Below, piece after piece: positions 63,623 through 64,000 of a stretch of 64,000 nt of DNA (positions are counted from its first letter, which is position 1; every line of letters begins with the position of its first letter). Where the stretch lies: the NCBI GenBank assembly GCA_030390025.1, contig CM059433.1, positions 19,966,001 through 20,030,000 of the forward strand. Reading direction: 5' to 3'. This DNA comes from Squalus acanthias. Taxonomy: Eukaryota. The notes under the pieces were generated by a model, which worked only from the letters and a program-made list of their open reading frames with translations, had not been told where the DNA came from and did not search any database. Position numbers and translations under genes: made by a program.

Positions 63623-64000
63623 GCATACTCTGACCTATTCAACATTTGGAAATGTGAAAAACTAAACCATGCAGATCGTGTCCCGAACTTGAGCAAGGAT
63701 CATTAGTAAATGTAAAAAATATCTCCTTTTTAATCGACTGCTTGGCGCGAGGCAGAGCTAGCCTGTACCTCTTCAGGTTTTTCTAATAGTTCAGACTCTT
63801 CATCATTCAGTACATTTCCTTATATTTTCGCTCTGAAACCTGCACTTCATGATAATAACATTCTTTGTAGTGCTGATCCCCAGCTGCAGCAGCATTCTTG
63901 GTATCCTTCATAAGGGCCTTTCACATTCAATTCTCAATTCATGGCCCAACTTGTGACCAAAACCCTTCAATGTTGAAGTCAACAAATCTATCGTTTAACA

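Overview
Vertebrate genomic DNA, most likely a shark or other elasmobranch (inferred from the repeat families: shark-type CR1 LINEs, SacSINE1/Deu-domain SINEs, Penelope pseudo-LTRs). The only host coding sequence I can support is one 217-bp internal exon (7531-7747, +) encoding the first CUB domain of CSMD1, so the window is probably the end of intron 1 plus about 56 kb of intron 2. The rest is a dense, nested transposon landscape. LINEs: many CR1 fragments (one with an uninterrupted ~895-codon ORF2), plus L2, RTE, Tx1 and a second CR1/L2-group LINE. Penelope-like remnants carry minimal hammerhead-ribozyme motifs. There is a large set of PIF/Harbinger elements: one two-gene copy (HARBI1-like transposase plus a convergent three-exon Myb/SANT-like gene), a second decayed copy, and about a dozen non-autonomous MITEs with 3-bp TSDs. 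Best observations: (i) a palindromic CRE (TGACGTCA) at a similar subterminal position in several Harbinger families; (ii) minimal hammerheads, one in sense orientation about 390 nt upstream of the CSMD1 exon; (iii) a perfect 119-bp inverted repeat in sequence I cannot assign to a repeat family; (iv) a tRNA-SINE-head/LINE chimera occupying one insertion site. All family assignments are from remembered motifs, not database searches, and boundaries without a TSD are approximate.
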